64,000 nt of DNA from contig NIVC01000586.1 of assembly GCA_002269645.1 (NCBI GenBank), positions 210,490-274,489 of the forward strand, read 5' to 3'. The DNA comes from Macrostomum lignano (lineage: Eukaryota). The stretch's first letter is position 1, and each line of letters opens with the position of its first letter. The notes under the pieces are model-generated. The model ran no database searches. It had not been told where the DNA came from and was given only the letters and a program-made list of their open reading frames with translations. Positions 46,886-59,455 of this stretch are shown piece by piece. The position numbers and the translations under genes were made by a program.

Positions 46886-49800
46886 TCAAACGGCGTTGTC
46901 GGTTCGCAATCCGAGTTGCCAAGAGTCCAGCGGAATGCCGTACTTTGAGCACAGATGCTGGAAGCACTTCTCGTAGCGCTGGTTCAGGCGGACGGCCTGG
47001 TCTAGGGCGAACTTGATGTCCTCGATTTCGTTGAAGAAGTCCTGCGGAACGCGGGAGAGTGGAGTTTTTGAACTCGCCATGACCTTTCATTTGGCCAAGC
47101 TTTGCCCTCCATGACCTTTCATTTGGCCAAGCTTTGCCCTCCATGACCTTTCATTTGGCCAAGCTTTGCCCTCCATGACCTTTCATTTGGCCAAGCTTTC
47201 CCTCCATGACCATGACCTTTCATTTGGCCAAGCTTTGCCCTCCATGACCTTTCATTTGGCCAAGCTTTGCCCTCCATGACCTTTCATTTGGCCAAGCTTT
47301 GCCCTCCATGACCTTTCATTTGGCCAAGCTTTGCCCTCCATGACCTTTCATTTGGCCAAGCTTTGCCCTCCATGACCTTTCATTTGGCCAAGCTTTGCCC
47401 TCCATGACCTTTCATTTGGCCAAGCTTTGCCCTCCATGACCTTTCATTTGGCCAAGCTTTGCCCTCCATGACCTTTAATTTGGCCAATCATTGCCCTCCA
47501 TGACCTTTCATTCGGCCAAACAATTATTGCCTTTTGTGATCCGTTTTTGGCCAATCATTGCCCTCCATGACCCTTCATTCGGCCAAACAATTATTGCCTT
47601 TTGTGATCCGTTTTTGGCCAATCATTGCCCTCCATGACCCTTCATTTGGGCAAGAATTAATTAGTCTGTCTAAACTGACAAAACAATTTGTTTAACTTCT
47701 ATTTGAAACAATACATGGCGGCAATTCAAACAGAGCTCGTGCTCACGCTGTCCAGACCGCGCAGCTCAGACCGGAGATTTGCATTCTCTTCTTTCAGCGC
47801 GTCGATCTTTCGTTGCAAGCTTTGAACTCGGGAGTCTGAAATGAGAAGCAAATAGCGGCTATCCGAATTTGGAAATTGCATAACACAGACTACAGGCCTA
47901 CGGTATAGTGCTCTTCTGCAGATTACAAGCACCTCGGTTTATTCGCCTCTGGAAGCTTATGGGGCGCTCGTGGGGACATGCGGCCACACTACTCTGCTAT
48001 ATTTTATATAGGGTCTACGAGAATTTCCCGCAGGAGATTTTCCCGCCGAGATTTCCCCGCAGGGTTATTCCTGCCGGAATTTCAAGTCAAATCCAATCGG
48101 ATTTCAAATCTATTCTAGTCTAGTTCTAATCTAGTCTAGTTCTAATCTGGTCTAGTTCTAATCTAGTCTAGTTCTAATCTAGTCTAGTTCTAATCTAGTC
48201 TAGTTCGAATCTAGTCTAGTTCTAATCTAGTCTAGTTCTAATCTGGTCTAGTTCTAATCTAGTCTAGTTCTAATCTAGTCTAGTTCTAATCTAGTCTAGT
48301 TGTTACTCTAGTCTAGTTTTTAATCTAGTCTAGTTCTAATCTAGTCTAGTTCTAATTTACTCTAGTTTTCAATCTAGTCTAGTTTTCAATCTAGTCTAGT
48401 TTTCAATCTAGTCTAGTTTTCAATCTAGTCTAGTTTTCAATCTAGTCTAGTTTTCAATCTAGTCTAGTTTTCAATCTAGTCTAGTTTTTAATCTAGTCTA
48501 GTTGTTAATCTAGTCTAGTTTTTAATCTAGTCTAGTTTTCAATCTAGTCTAGTTTTCAATCTAGTCTAGTTGTTAATCTAGTCTAGTTGTTAATCTAGTC
48601 TAGTTGTTAATCTAGTCTAGTTGTTACTCTAGTCTAGTTTTTAATCTAGTCTAGTTTTTAATCTAGTCTAGTTCGAATCAAGTCTAGTTGTTAATCTAGT
48701 CTAGTTGTTAATCTAGTCTAGTTGTTAATCTAGTCTAGTTTTCAAGCTAGTCCAGTTTTAATCTAGTCTAGTTTACGTCGTCTAGTCTAGCCTAGCCTAG
48801 TTCTAATCTAGTCCAGCATTGTCTATAGACTGGAGTTGACTTAGAATTCCGACAGGAAAAACCCTGTGAGAAAAACCTCGGCGGGAAACCTCGCTGTGGG
48901 AAATCTCGGCGGGAAACCTCGCTGTGGGAAAAGCTCGCGCGGGCAAATCTCGGCGGGAAACCTCGCTGTGGGAAAATCTCCTGCCTGAAAACCTCGCCGC
49001 GGGAAAAGCTCGCGCGGGCAAACCTCGACGGGAAAACTTGCGGCGGGAAATTCTGGTGCTCCCTTTATATTTCAGTAGCTGCAATGTAGTGCAAGTTTCA
49101 TTTTCATATTGTTTTTTTCCCATCTCCGCAGTGTATTTTTTCAGGAAATAGGCCTTAAAAAACGCACGACCTGTTATGCTACAGAGGTCCTTGGCCTGAC
49201 GATGAGCAATCCAGAGCCGCTAGTACTATTGCGGAATACGTCGCTCAAAATTTCACAATTTCGACCATCTAAAAGTTTATGCTTGTAAAGCTTTGCTGCA
49301 GCGCAAATTTGACAACACAAACTGTCAGCTGACCTGAAACTGCGGACAGCTGCTTCTTCAGCTTCAGCTTGTCATTCTCCAGCTGCTTGACCTGTCGCTC
49401 AGCTTTTGTGAGCTCCTTTTGTAGTTCGAGAATTTTGCCCTGGAAAAAGATTTAAGATTTCATTTTTGTTACTTTTTGACATTCAGGCACTGTTAAAAAT
49501 GGTACATAGCTGGAGGTTCTCAAAATGTGAGAGAAGCGTACTTGTACCACTAACTTATGCATGAATAAGAAAAGAACTGATCAGTTGCGGCATCAAAGCC
49601 TCTTAACAGCTCACATTCTGAGCAGTGATCATCTGCACATGATCTGCTCCCTTTTTCAACTCCTTCTCGTACAGAATCCTGGCCTGCTGCTGCATCGTCA
49701 GCAGCTTCTCGACCACCTCGCTCTCGGAGGCTCGCTTGCCGCGCCGACCTCCGCCGAGGTGCCCACCGTCCAGATCGCAAGGCTCAGTCTGAGTCATTGA

Positions 49801-50052
49801 GCTGTAGAAGGCCGTGCAAAAGACGATACATGTAGTTTTGCTTGTATCGCAGGAGTTGAATTAAGACTTTGCACTAAATTATTGGCGCAATACCAGCGAA
49901 ACCATCTCTTACGTTCTTTTCCGCACATGCCCTTCGAGAATGTCTTCAATGCGCTGTCGCTCTCGAAATCCGGCCAACTCGCGCTCAAGCTCAGTCCGCT
50001 CCACCCTGAGTTGTTGAATGCGCTTTTTTAGTCGCTCATTCTCCTCGTGGAG
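46886..50052 (-). CDS. 3' five exons of a coiled-coil protein with a CEP290-like C-terminus
   Basis: Exons 49913-50052, 49615-49801, 49334-49439, 47747-47835 and 46886-47041 join in frame with GT-AG. The end ENANLRSELRGLDSDFFNEIEDIKF resembles CEP290 ELENFDPSFFEEIEDLKY (recalled). No start exon found. Confidence 0.7.
47078..47650. repeat. 32-bp minisatellite (CATGACCTTTCATTTGGCCAAGCTTTGCCCTC)
   Basis: About 13 units plus degenerate copies in the last intron of the CEP290-like gene. Confidence 0.95.
48011..49063. mobile_element. Foldback/MITE-like element enclosing a TCTAG satellite
   Basis: Inverted arms 48011-48090 and 48836-49063 are built of TTTCCCGC-type subrepeats and end GGG...CCC. 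The core 48110-48810 is (TCTAGTCTAGTTCTAA)n. Confidence 0.75.
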
Positions 50053-52609
50053 CTGAAGTAAATATTGTGCTTAGTTCTATTAAACTTCATGAAGGTAAAA
50101 AATTGAAAGAAAGACTACGACTACGATATTTTCGTTCAAGGGTTTTTTACTTTTGAAAAAAATACACTATTGCTGAATGAGTGTACGGTTTAGTTGACTA
50201 AATCTTCTAATGGCAGGTTGCAAAAACTGTTCAATCGAAAAAGACACAATAGCACATTAGCAATAAGGTAAGCAGGCTGCATAAGTTGTGAAAAGTATAA
50301 GGGTAGCATACCCGAGTACAGTCATGAATTCCAACCAAAGCCATGACTTCCAATTTTCAGAAAGAATGGAGCTTTCGTTATGGATGGAAACTTCAGCGAT
50401 AGTTTACTTGCTTTAAAGTTATTATAAAGAAGCAAAATATAGTCAAGTCAAATTCAAATAATTTAATGTGGAGCTCAACTCAAGATTCGGATGACAAAAA
50501 TCTTGTGAAAAAATGACATTAAAATATGCGCAAAGTTTATAACAGACATACAAGAACCACGACAAAAATAACTCTACGACCTGCTTTTAAACCTACACTT
50601 TATAATAAATAAATGCACCAAAAAAAGCGTGTTTCCAGCAAAGTCCTATTATAATTTGTTTATAATTAATACAGTTCTAAGAAAAAGTTGGCCCTTTAGT
50701 TCTAACAAGCAAGCAACCAAGCATTTCATTTTTAGTATATTAGAATCCATTTATGGAAACCCGTGAATTAAACCGTAGGACTGGCCACTATCGATGGTAT
50801 TAGTCATTAATAAAACCTAAAGGATTTAATTATATCAGAAGATATGCCCAAAAGAGGTTGGTAGCATGTATGAAATTATTCAACCGCTAGATAATTAAAC
50901 CAATAAAATTGCAGTTGTTCGTATTGTATTGTTATTGTATATGTTAATGTCATTGTTATTTAGTAATATAATATGACAAATAAATTTAGTTAGGCCCCTA
51001 CTAGGCCTAGAACTGCTGTAGAACTCAAATCCCAATGAAAAAAAATAGGTCTGTTACTGTTAGTAATAGGCCTAGGCCTACAAAGCCAACCTAAATTTTT
51101 ACTAAGCCAACAGTCAATGTCAAGCAATACTTAGCCTAACCCTAATGTTCCATTTATGATTGGGCCTAGCCTCACATGTCGATGTCTGATGTCAATTCAA
51201 TAGCAATTACATCAATAGGCCCTATTTATTGCTTTTTGACACATTTCAACTAAATTTAGTCATCATTGTGGCAAACTACTTATTTGCATATAATTTGCAA
51301 TTGATTAGGCCTATGCCTATTGAGATTTGAGATTAGGCCTAGGTTTGTGTTTTTATGTATAGGCCTATCTATTCTAGTATTCTTAATCTAATTCTAAAGT
51401 AGCCTAAGAAAGACTAGCAGTGATAAAAAATCTTATAGTCTATTTGTTTACTGTCACAACACTTTGTCTTTGCAAACTAACAAATGGTCTTAAATAGCAG
51501 ATCATTTTATGCCTAATCAATGCTCGTTTATCCTAGACAGACCTAGTATGTAGGTATCTCTGTTTTTTTCAATGTAAGTAATGTTCTGTTCAATGCAACA
51601 ATGTAAATTTATAAATATAAATAAGACCTATAGATAAGGTATGTTAGATATTTGATTTAAATCTATTAATGTATTGGCCAATTTAATAGAACAAAATGAA
51701 AACTTTAGTCCTAATGTTATACCATTTATAAAAGGTTTTTAAGACATTAAAAGAATTACTATAAAATAGGACCTAGCAAAACCATAATTAGATGATTAAG
51801 ATTATATTGATTTTGTTAACAACTTTGTTAGTGACAAAACTATTCATTTTTTGCTAATACTTTTGGACTTGGGATATTCATTTGTATTGATTTTTATGGT
51901 CTTAACCTTCTTATTGAATATAGTAAGGTAGGGGCAAAGAAGAAATTTAGAGGTGGTCAGTTTTGCTAGGCCTAACACTAATGATGGCTTTAAACTTTGA
52001 ATTCGCGCTAGAATTGCATTTGCATAAAAAAATCTAGAAAATTGAGCAGTTGAATCACAACAAAATTTTCTCCTCTTTTACTCCAGCTGCTGGGGTCCTA
52101 AAATTCCTGGGGGAGGATAGTTGCAGTTATAGGCAAGCAGTCATTTAGTAGCATGGTTGTTCGATTAATAGAAACATGACACCAAAGAATTGACACCATA
52201 GTTAATGTATGTCAATTTGTTAAGCTGATTACTATCAGTAGAGTAGAGTTGCCACCACCATAATTTTTGTATTATGGAACAAATGAGTCCCAAAGCTTTT
52301 TTGAGATAAGAACTGTTTGGTTGTTTTATGCCCCATAGGCAAATAATTCAAGATAGGGTATGGCTTGTTGGTCAACAAATAAATGCTTGGTATATCTTAT
52401 TATTATTAAAATTATTACTGAGCAATCAAAGATAATGGGATAAATATTAGCAGGTTAGTTTAATTGATTTTACCCAACTTTTGACACTAATTTATTAAGT
52501 TTAGCTTGTAGCCAATTTTGTTTGATAAGCAACAGTTAGCCTTTGTGTCTTGGCACCTGTGAATTAATATCTTTTGTATAATTTTAGCAGTTAGCAAGTA
52601 CTAAAGCAC

Positions 52610-52610
<1 letters not shown>

Positions 52611-52677
<67 letters not shown>
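52611..52677. repeat. (GA)n microsatellite
   Basis: Direct reading. Confidence 0.98.
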
Positions 52678-52682
<5 letters not shown>

Positions 52683-53660
52683 CAGGAAAAGAAAAAGAGA
52701 GAGAGGAGAAAGAGAGCCAAAAATAGTAGATTAAATAGCATGAACCCAGTGGGGATTTTCTGTGCGCCCCAATGTTCGCCAGATCCTACGCCCAGCAGTT
52801 GGGCACCTTGCGCCTGGCCCTATTGCAGCCAAGGTCTGAACCGCGCCGGACGCCCCCCTTTCCCGCGCCAGACATCTACCCGTACTGCGCCAGGGCCAGT
52901 CCCCAGGATCAGTGATTTGGTTCAATTAGTCAGTCAATGGCTCGCCGCGCGCTGCGCGCCGCCGCCACACACCACGCCACCGCGCGCCGCCGCCACGCGC
53001 CGCGCCGCCGCCGCGCGCCGCGCCGCCACCAGTCCAATCCGCGCCGGACGCCGTCCACGAAAATGGCCATTGGCTGCAATAGGGGCGCCTGGGCGCATTC
53101 TGTGTCCAACCGCCACGATGGCGCCCCGGATAGCGCCAGGCGCTTTCTAGAAAAAAAATGAAGATAAATTCCCTTTACTCTACTATAAGTAGGGTGTGCC
53201 GTATGTTGTTCGTCATTCGCGTTTAAATATTTTATGCTGTAGAAATTCCCACCAGCAGCTCGCCATCCTGCTCCATTCCCCACCCATGCACTTCGAGTTA
53301 GTATATACTCGTACAAATTAAGCGTCCATCCTTTCAATATATGAATTTCATATCAAAGATAGACAAAAATATAAACTATTTCTTAGCTTCCAATCTCTGT
53401 GTAGATATAAATTTAGCTTCATATTTATTGGTCTGAATTAGTTTGCTGATGAATTCATGTAAATTATCATTAAAAACATTATCGTATAACATACATAGTA
53501 TGCACTGCAATGCAAATGCAAGATAGCAACCGAAATGATTTGATAAATAGTATAATGTTGTTGCTGTACAAATTTCAAAATTTCAATGGAAATAAAAATA
53601 AGCAAAAAAATAGTCGAACAAATATAGAGATATTTACATAAAGGAAGAGAATGCTGGCTT

Positions 53661-56600
53661 TTAAAGACCACTAAATTCGTTCATAATGTCCAAAGCCTTG
53701 TCATCCGACAACTCCATCAGTTCATATTCACTTCGGTGAGGTCGGTGCAAAGAAAGTCTTTTTTGCGGCGGACAACTGGCGAGCTGTGAGCCAGGTCTCT
53801 TCGGCTGTGTGTGTGAAGCGGAGCCAACTGGCGAACTTGTGTTGGCTAGCATCACTGAAGCCGTCGGAGAGGCAGACGCCGCGACAGCCATCAAGCAATT
53901 AGCAGCCGGCGAATTCGTCTTGCTTAGCAGACGCAGGCGGCTGATGGATGAACTTCCGACATTTGAACTGGAAGCAGTCGCAGATGCAGAGGGACCGTCA
54001 GTTGGATTGTCGGACTGCCGTCAATGGGACTTCTTTGACAATCAGTCAACGCCTCGATGCAGAATCTTGCGGCAGGCATTGCTCACGAAAAGCAGTGTCA
54101 AAGTGCCTGCCTCCATCGAGACGCCGTAAATGCTCGTGGCAACATCTGAGTGATTTTTATGTGAAAGAATAACTTGAACAAGTTGTTGCTACTGCTAATA
54201 GTAGACTATTTCGGTTAGGATTTCCTACACGTCAAACTTTGGCGAAATTCAGTATTTTTTAATATTGTTCATTCAATAAATCCTAGCTGAGTACCTGATT
54301 TAATTACACTAAATAAAACTATTTTGAAGAAATTCAATAACAAAAGTAACAGAATTCGGGCCGCTTCTTACCTTGAACATGTTGCAGCATAACGAACTTG
54401 AACCCAAGGGCTGAGTCGGACAGCTCAGTCAGCACGCCAGCCTCCCTGCACTTAGCCCGCAGGCCTTGTCCGCTGAAATTGACTGCAGCCTGCATCTCCG
54501 CAGTCGCATCGTATCGTATCGTATCTGCGGCAGTCCTCATTTTTCGGCTCGGCAGCACTTTTTTCTGTTGGTTTTGAGTGGTTGATTTCTGATGAAGTAC
54601 GAAACGGAATTAAAATTTATTACTTTATAAGTAATGTACTCACCAACTCTAACGTCCACTCTGCAGGCGCATTCTGAGCGTACTGAACATATGCTTCCCA
54701 TGAAGCGATGGGCCAGAACTTTATTTCCTCTTCTGTTGGCTGCTGGCCCCGGGTTATAGTCAGCCGCAGCAGCTGCAGCTCTTCTTTGACAGTGGACAGC
54801 TCGGCTAAACATCGGTTCTGCCGGGCTTCCATCTGTTGGAACTTCAGGGCAGTCTCGCGAAGGACTGACAGAGCAACAAACAAGATGCCGCGATTGCTTT
54901 CCAGTGGAAAATCTAGTAGGGACTGAATTTGCTGTTCAAGGCCTTTGACGGCCTTACCAGAGAAGCGCCCAAAGTTCACTGGCGCCGCCGCAGCCGTGCC
55001 ATCTTGAGCTGCCGCTGCTGCTTCCGCTTCCGCTGCCATTTCCGCTTCCACTTCTGCTGCTGCTTTCGCTACTGCTGCTTCTTCTTCTTCTTCTTCAGGG
55101 CTCGTCTGGGTCGGGGTTAGCCGAAATGGACGGGGGCATGCGCCCCATGCTACGCAGGAGGCCGAAAAGGGCGGTTGGGGACTCCAACAAGTCCTCGGCC
55201 GCGCGGATGCCGTGCAGGGCGCGGTAGCGGTCCCCGCGAGGGCAGGCGAGCAGGATGTGCCTGACTGTGTCGAGTTCGCCGCAGTCAGGGCAGTTGGCTG
55301 TCTCGGTGAGGCCCATCTGATGGAGTGAGCTGTTGTTGATGGTGCTGGCTCCGGCTCGCAGCTGATTGAGGAGGACTTGGCGCTGCCGGGTCATGGTGGC
55401 GGGTGGCTGCTTAAAGGCGCCCACGACCGCAAGATCGAGGGACCTGCGGCTGCGCCGGGCGGCGGCTTTGGCGGTGCTGAGTGGAAGCTCGACGTGGCGT
55501 TGGTCTAGTTGGGCGGCACGGGAAGCCGCCTGATCCGCCGCCTCGTTGCCGGCGATTCCGCAATGTGCGGGGACCCAGGCGAAGGAGGGGGGCGACCGTC
55601 GGCCTTCAGGCTCATGATCGAGTCCCAGCAAGCTGCTGCAGTCGGATCGGTCTGGTCGATGGGACCGGCGAGCAGGGCGGTGAGGGTGCTGAGGCTGTCG
55701 GTGGCGATCCAGTGCGGCTCGGCAGCGCGGTCAGCTTGCAGGTATTTGAGCGCCTCGTGGATGGCAACGAGTTCGGCGGTGTAACTGCTGCAGAGGGCGC
55801 CTGCGGCGGCCGGAAGTTCGACATTGTTGTTCTCGTTGCGCACAATGATAGCGGCCCCGCCACCATTCTTTTAGCCTTCCGTTACGGAACCGTCGGTCCA
55901 GATTGTGTTGGACTCGCAGAGAGTCGCGATGATGTCAGTCGCGTGGTGGGCTCTGATGTCTGGCGGCATGTCGCGGTGGGTCCTGAGGCTGGCTCGAAGG
56001 TCGAAGATGATGTCGCTGGCGCCGGTGGTTCTCCAGGGCTCAACGCCGAGAGGCGGCAGGGCGCGTGGGAACTGGTCCAGGGCGGCGGCGCACTCAAGCT
56101 CGAAGGCGGCGCGGCGCCAGCAGCCACGGTGCGGGCGAAGGGCGTCTTTCTGGCATCCAGGTTGGTTGACGGCGGGCGTGGCATCCGGGCTGTTGCGGGT
56201 TTGGCGCTGCAGGGCTTCGTAACTGCGGTTCTTGAGGTGTGGTCGTGTGACACATTCGGTAGTTTCGCGGCTACTGCTGCTGCTGCAGCCGCTGCAATGG
56301 CTGCCGCCTTAGCTGCCGCCAATTTTGCGAGCGCTGCTCCTGCTACTGATGCATTGTTAGCAGGTTTCGGGATGGTGGATGCAGCTGGTGATGTTGCAGC
56401 AGCTGGCAGTGGACAAAGTTTTGCTACCGTCTCAGGCATAGCTTGGTCAGGTAGCTGCAACGGAAGCAACTGTACGGCTGCTTCTTTCCGACCATTGAAG
56501 AAGTGATCCATGTCGAAAGCGGAACCGAAGGACATGTCCTGTTAATTTAGATAAAATTAGAGAATAAAGTGCACTAGCTTTTCAGTCTGCAGACTGCAAC

Positions 56601-57173
56601 ACAGCACTGCAATATCTTTAACTTCTTGTCTCTGAGAGGGAGAGCTGAAGAGGGTCAGAGTGAGGGAGGTTTACAAATTAAGAAAAAATGTATTAACTCA
56701 CTGCACATTGAAAGCTATGTCATGCTTGTTGCATGTCATCAGCCGAGAATATTCTTGGTCTAATATGGCGGATGACTTCGGCGATTGTCCGCTTTCTGGA
56801 CATGAGGTCTCGGGCAAAGCGTAGGCTCGGAGGCTCCAGATAGTTGTGCAGAATCACCTGTAAGTTTTTCATTTTAAAAAATAAATTTCTGACTGACTGC
56901 TGTCTGATAAGATGGAGATGATATGAGACAGATATCAACAAACTGTGATGAGGAGATGAAATTGAAAGTAAAAAAGCAACTGACCTGACGGACTTCAGCT
57001 GTGAAGAACTTTCCCTCGTACTTCGCTTCGCAGTGCCACCTCTCTTCACTGTCCTTCAAGAGTAGCAATTCGGCTACCAATAGATTTTTTAATACACAAG
57101 GAAGTAGCTGTACCTCTGCTTCTGTCACTTCAATAACCTGCCTGTCGGCTTCGAAAATTACTAGAAATTTCAT
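53661..57173 (-). pseudogene. Five-exon transposon accessory gene (DUF4806-like region), disrupted
   Basis: Exons 56985-57173, 56702-56857, 54644-56538 (minus the LINE insert and one TSD copy), 54372-54564 and 53661-54145 join in phase. Three in-frame TGA stops (56720-56722, 54042-54044, 54021-54023). The family assignment rests on recall and on its position next to the transposase. Confidence 0.6.
55080..56269 (-). mobile_element. 5'-truncated non-LTR retrotransposon (I/ingi-like; RNase H plus C-terminal Cys/His motif)
   Basis: RNase H motifs WTDGS, SSYTAELVAI, IATDSLS and FAWVPAHCGIAGNEAADQAA; CPDCGELDTVRHILLAC; (GAA)n tail; 12-bp TSD AGCAGCAGTAGC (55068-55079, 56270-56281). One stop and one frameshift. 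Confidence 0.9.
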
Positions 57174-57507
57174 GAGGCAAATTTTGAAAAAATCTGATTA
57201 TGGAAATATAAAATTTTAAACGCCTATTTGCGACTCAGTGAACAACATGAAAATCAAAGCTTACTATTTGGTGGTGGAGTGGGACTGAAAATATATTTTG
57301 CTAGGGGAGAATTGGGAAGCGAATTCTTCTGCCCTCTCATTGGTCGGTTGTGAATATTCCGCAACCAATGCCAATGAATAATTCTTGAGAGTTAGCTTGA
57401 CCGTTAGATAGTTGTAGTTGATTTATAGTTGATTGCTTGATTGCATTTTTACTAAAGCCATAATTTACTTTCACTTAATTTATCATTCGATTTTGGCCAC
57501 ATCATTG
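57174..57507. promoter_or_regulatory. Putative bidirectional promoter between the accessory gene and the transposase
   Basis: 334 bp between divergent ATGs, with CCAAT/ATTGG boxes near 57340-57375. Confidence 0.4.
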
Positions 57508-59455
57508 ATGGCTTCTTGGAAAGTGAGACGATTGACGAGCAAGCGTTTGCTAGCATTATTTAAAGATGATGACTGCGATGACTGTGACGTAGACTGCAAA
57601 ACACTAGAGGATGCCTCTATTGAGCCCAGTGTCCAGGAAGTTAAAGGAGACAATGAAGAAGATTTCGGTGGTGTAGAGTTCGACGACTTGCAGTCGATAA
57701 GTGAAAGTGACAAAGACATGGAGAACGACAAGGATGAGGATAATTGGCCATTGGAAGAGAAGCTGGAGGCACTGCTTGTGCTTTTCTTCACGACCTACAA
57801 CATTTCTCGTGATGCCATGGCTTTTCTGTTAGCCGGATTATGCGACATTGGTTTGCCTATCTCAAAGTCCGTAACCAAGATCAAACGACTGGCTAGAGAA
57901 GACTGTCCTACTGGGGACTTGTTGGCCATGGGAGATGGGCACTTTCGCTATGTGTCCATTCTAGAGAATCTGCAACTGCTGCTTTCAAAAAATTTGTTGA
58001 CCCTTCGACCAGAAAATTTGCAGCATCAAGGTCCAACAAAGGTGTACAAATTCGACGCATTTTTAAACAGTGATGGAATTCCACTATATAGATCCAGTCT
58101 CTTTGGTCTGTGGCCATTGCTTATGAAGATTCCATCCGCATTCGCAAAGCCGTTTCCAGTGGCTGTATGGGCCGGCTCTGGAAAGCCTCCATTACAAGAG
58201 TACCTGCAACAGTTTTGCAAAGAAGCGAAAAGATTTCTATCTGGTCCAGTGAAAATCAACGAGAAAGTCAGCATAATGTTCTCCACAATTTATTTTGTTG
58301 TTGATACACCTGCGCGTAGCTTTTTGATGTGTACAATGGGTCACACAAGCTACTCGGGGTGTAGTTATTGTCAAGCTGTGGGTTCTCGTGCTGAAGGGAG
58401 AGTAACTTTTTCTGTAACCGTTAATCAGAGTAGATGCAGAAAAGATTATCGCTCCCTATTAGAGGACAATCTAAAAAGAGATGCTACAGGTGCAATCCTC
58501 AAATTACCACTTCTGTGCTTGCCCAACATAGACTTCGTCAACTGTTTTCCGTTAGACTTTCAACATGCTGTTTGTCTGGGAGCAGTAAGAAAGCTAATGC
58601 ACTATTACTTTGGAGAAGGAGGCTGTCGCTTCGGTCGCAGGCATATGAAGCCTTTGTCTGACTACATTGCCGCAATTGCCAGCTGGACGCCATCAAACTT
58701 CCAGAGAAGACCACGCCGTATTGATAAGTGCTTAATTGGCGACGGAGTTTAGACAATTTATCCTATATTTAGGCCCTGTGATATTCAAGGGATATCTTAA
58801 AGAAAAATTCTACAACAATTTTCTCCTCCTGCACTTCGCCGTATACTGCTATTCAACGGAAAGACATGCAAATATGTGGGATTCTGCAAAAAGCTGCATC
58901 GAGGTATTTGTTGAGCAGATGTCGAAACTGTTTGGACAGAAGTCAATTAGTTATAACATCCACGCACTTCTTCATCTTGACCAGTTTGTTAGAAGACTGG
59001 GTAATTTAAACAATTTCAGTACTTTTGCATATGAAAACTTTTTGGGAGCCATCAAGCGAAAGGTCAAAGTCACCAGGCATCTTGCTGCTCATTCAGTCCG
59101 GCAAGTTTTAAAAGTACGGAACATGTATCTCAGAGAGCCTACTAAAACGACTCTGGAATTTAGCACGAAGAAGGGAAACAATTGTTGCATCATTGGGACA
59201 ACTTTTATTCTTATCGATGAAGTAAAATCCGATGGCATGGTGACTGGCCGAGTGCTTCAGGCATGCGATAATCTGTACACCTATCCCTTCAATTCACTGG
59301 AACTTGGGATTGGGATTTATCAGGTTACATCCGAAATCGCAACTGGCCGTCCAGAGCGGAAATGTTGGTTGCTTCCGAAGAATATTACACTAGCGGCTTC
59401 TGAAGCTGACGGCGAATTCTATAACGTCATTCCCATGACAGGGCAAGACGATTAG
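57508..59455 (+). pseudogene. CMC (EnSpm/Mirage-like) transposase with one frameshift
   Basis: Motifs LNSDGIPLY, LWPLL, FVVDTPARSFL...GH..YSGCSYC, PLDFQHAVCLG, FQRRPR, ATEFRQFILYLGP, SYNIHALLHL and FSTFAYENFLG. The frameshift near 58735 falls where WKATEF is expected. Confidence 0.85.

Noticed and set aside
52730-53160. GC-rich island with short overlapping ORFs
   Set aside because: Low-complexity translations, no splice partners and no termini identified.
55481-56506. 341-aa plus-strand ORF
   Set aside because: Antisense shadow of the GC-rich LINE RNase H region and the Ala-rich exon.
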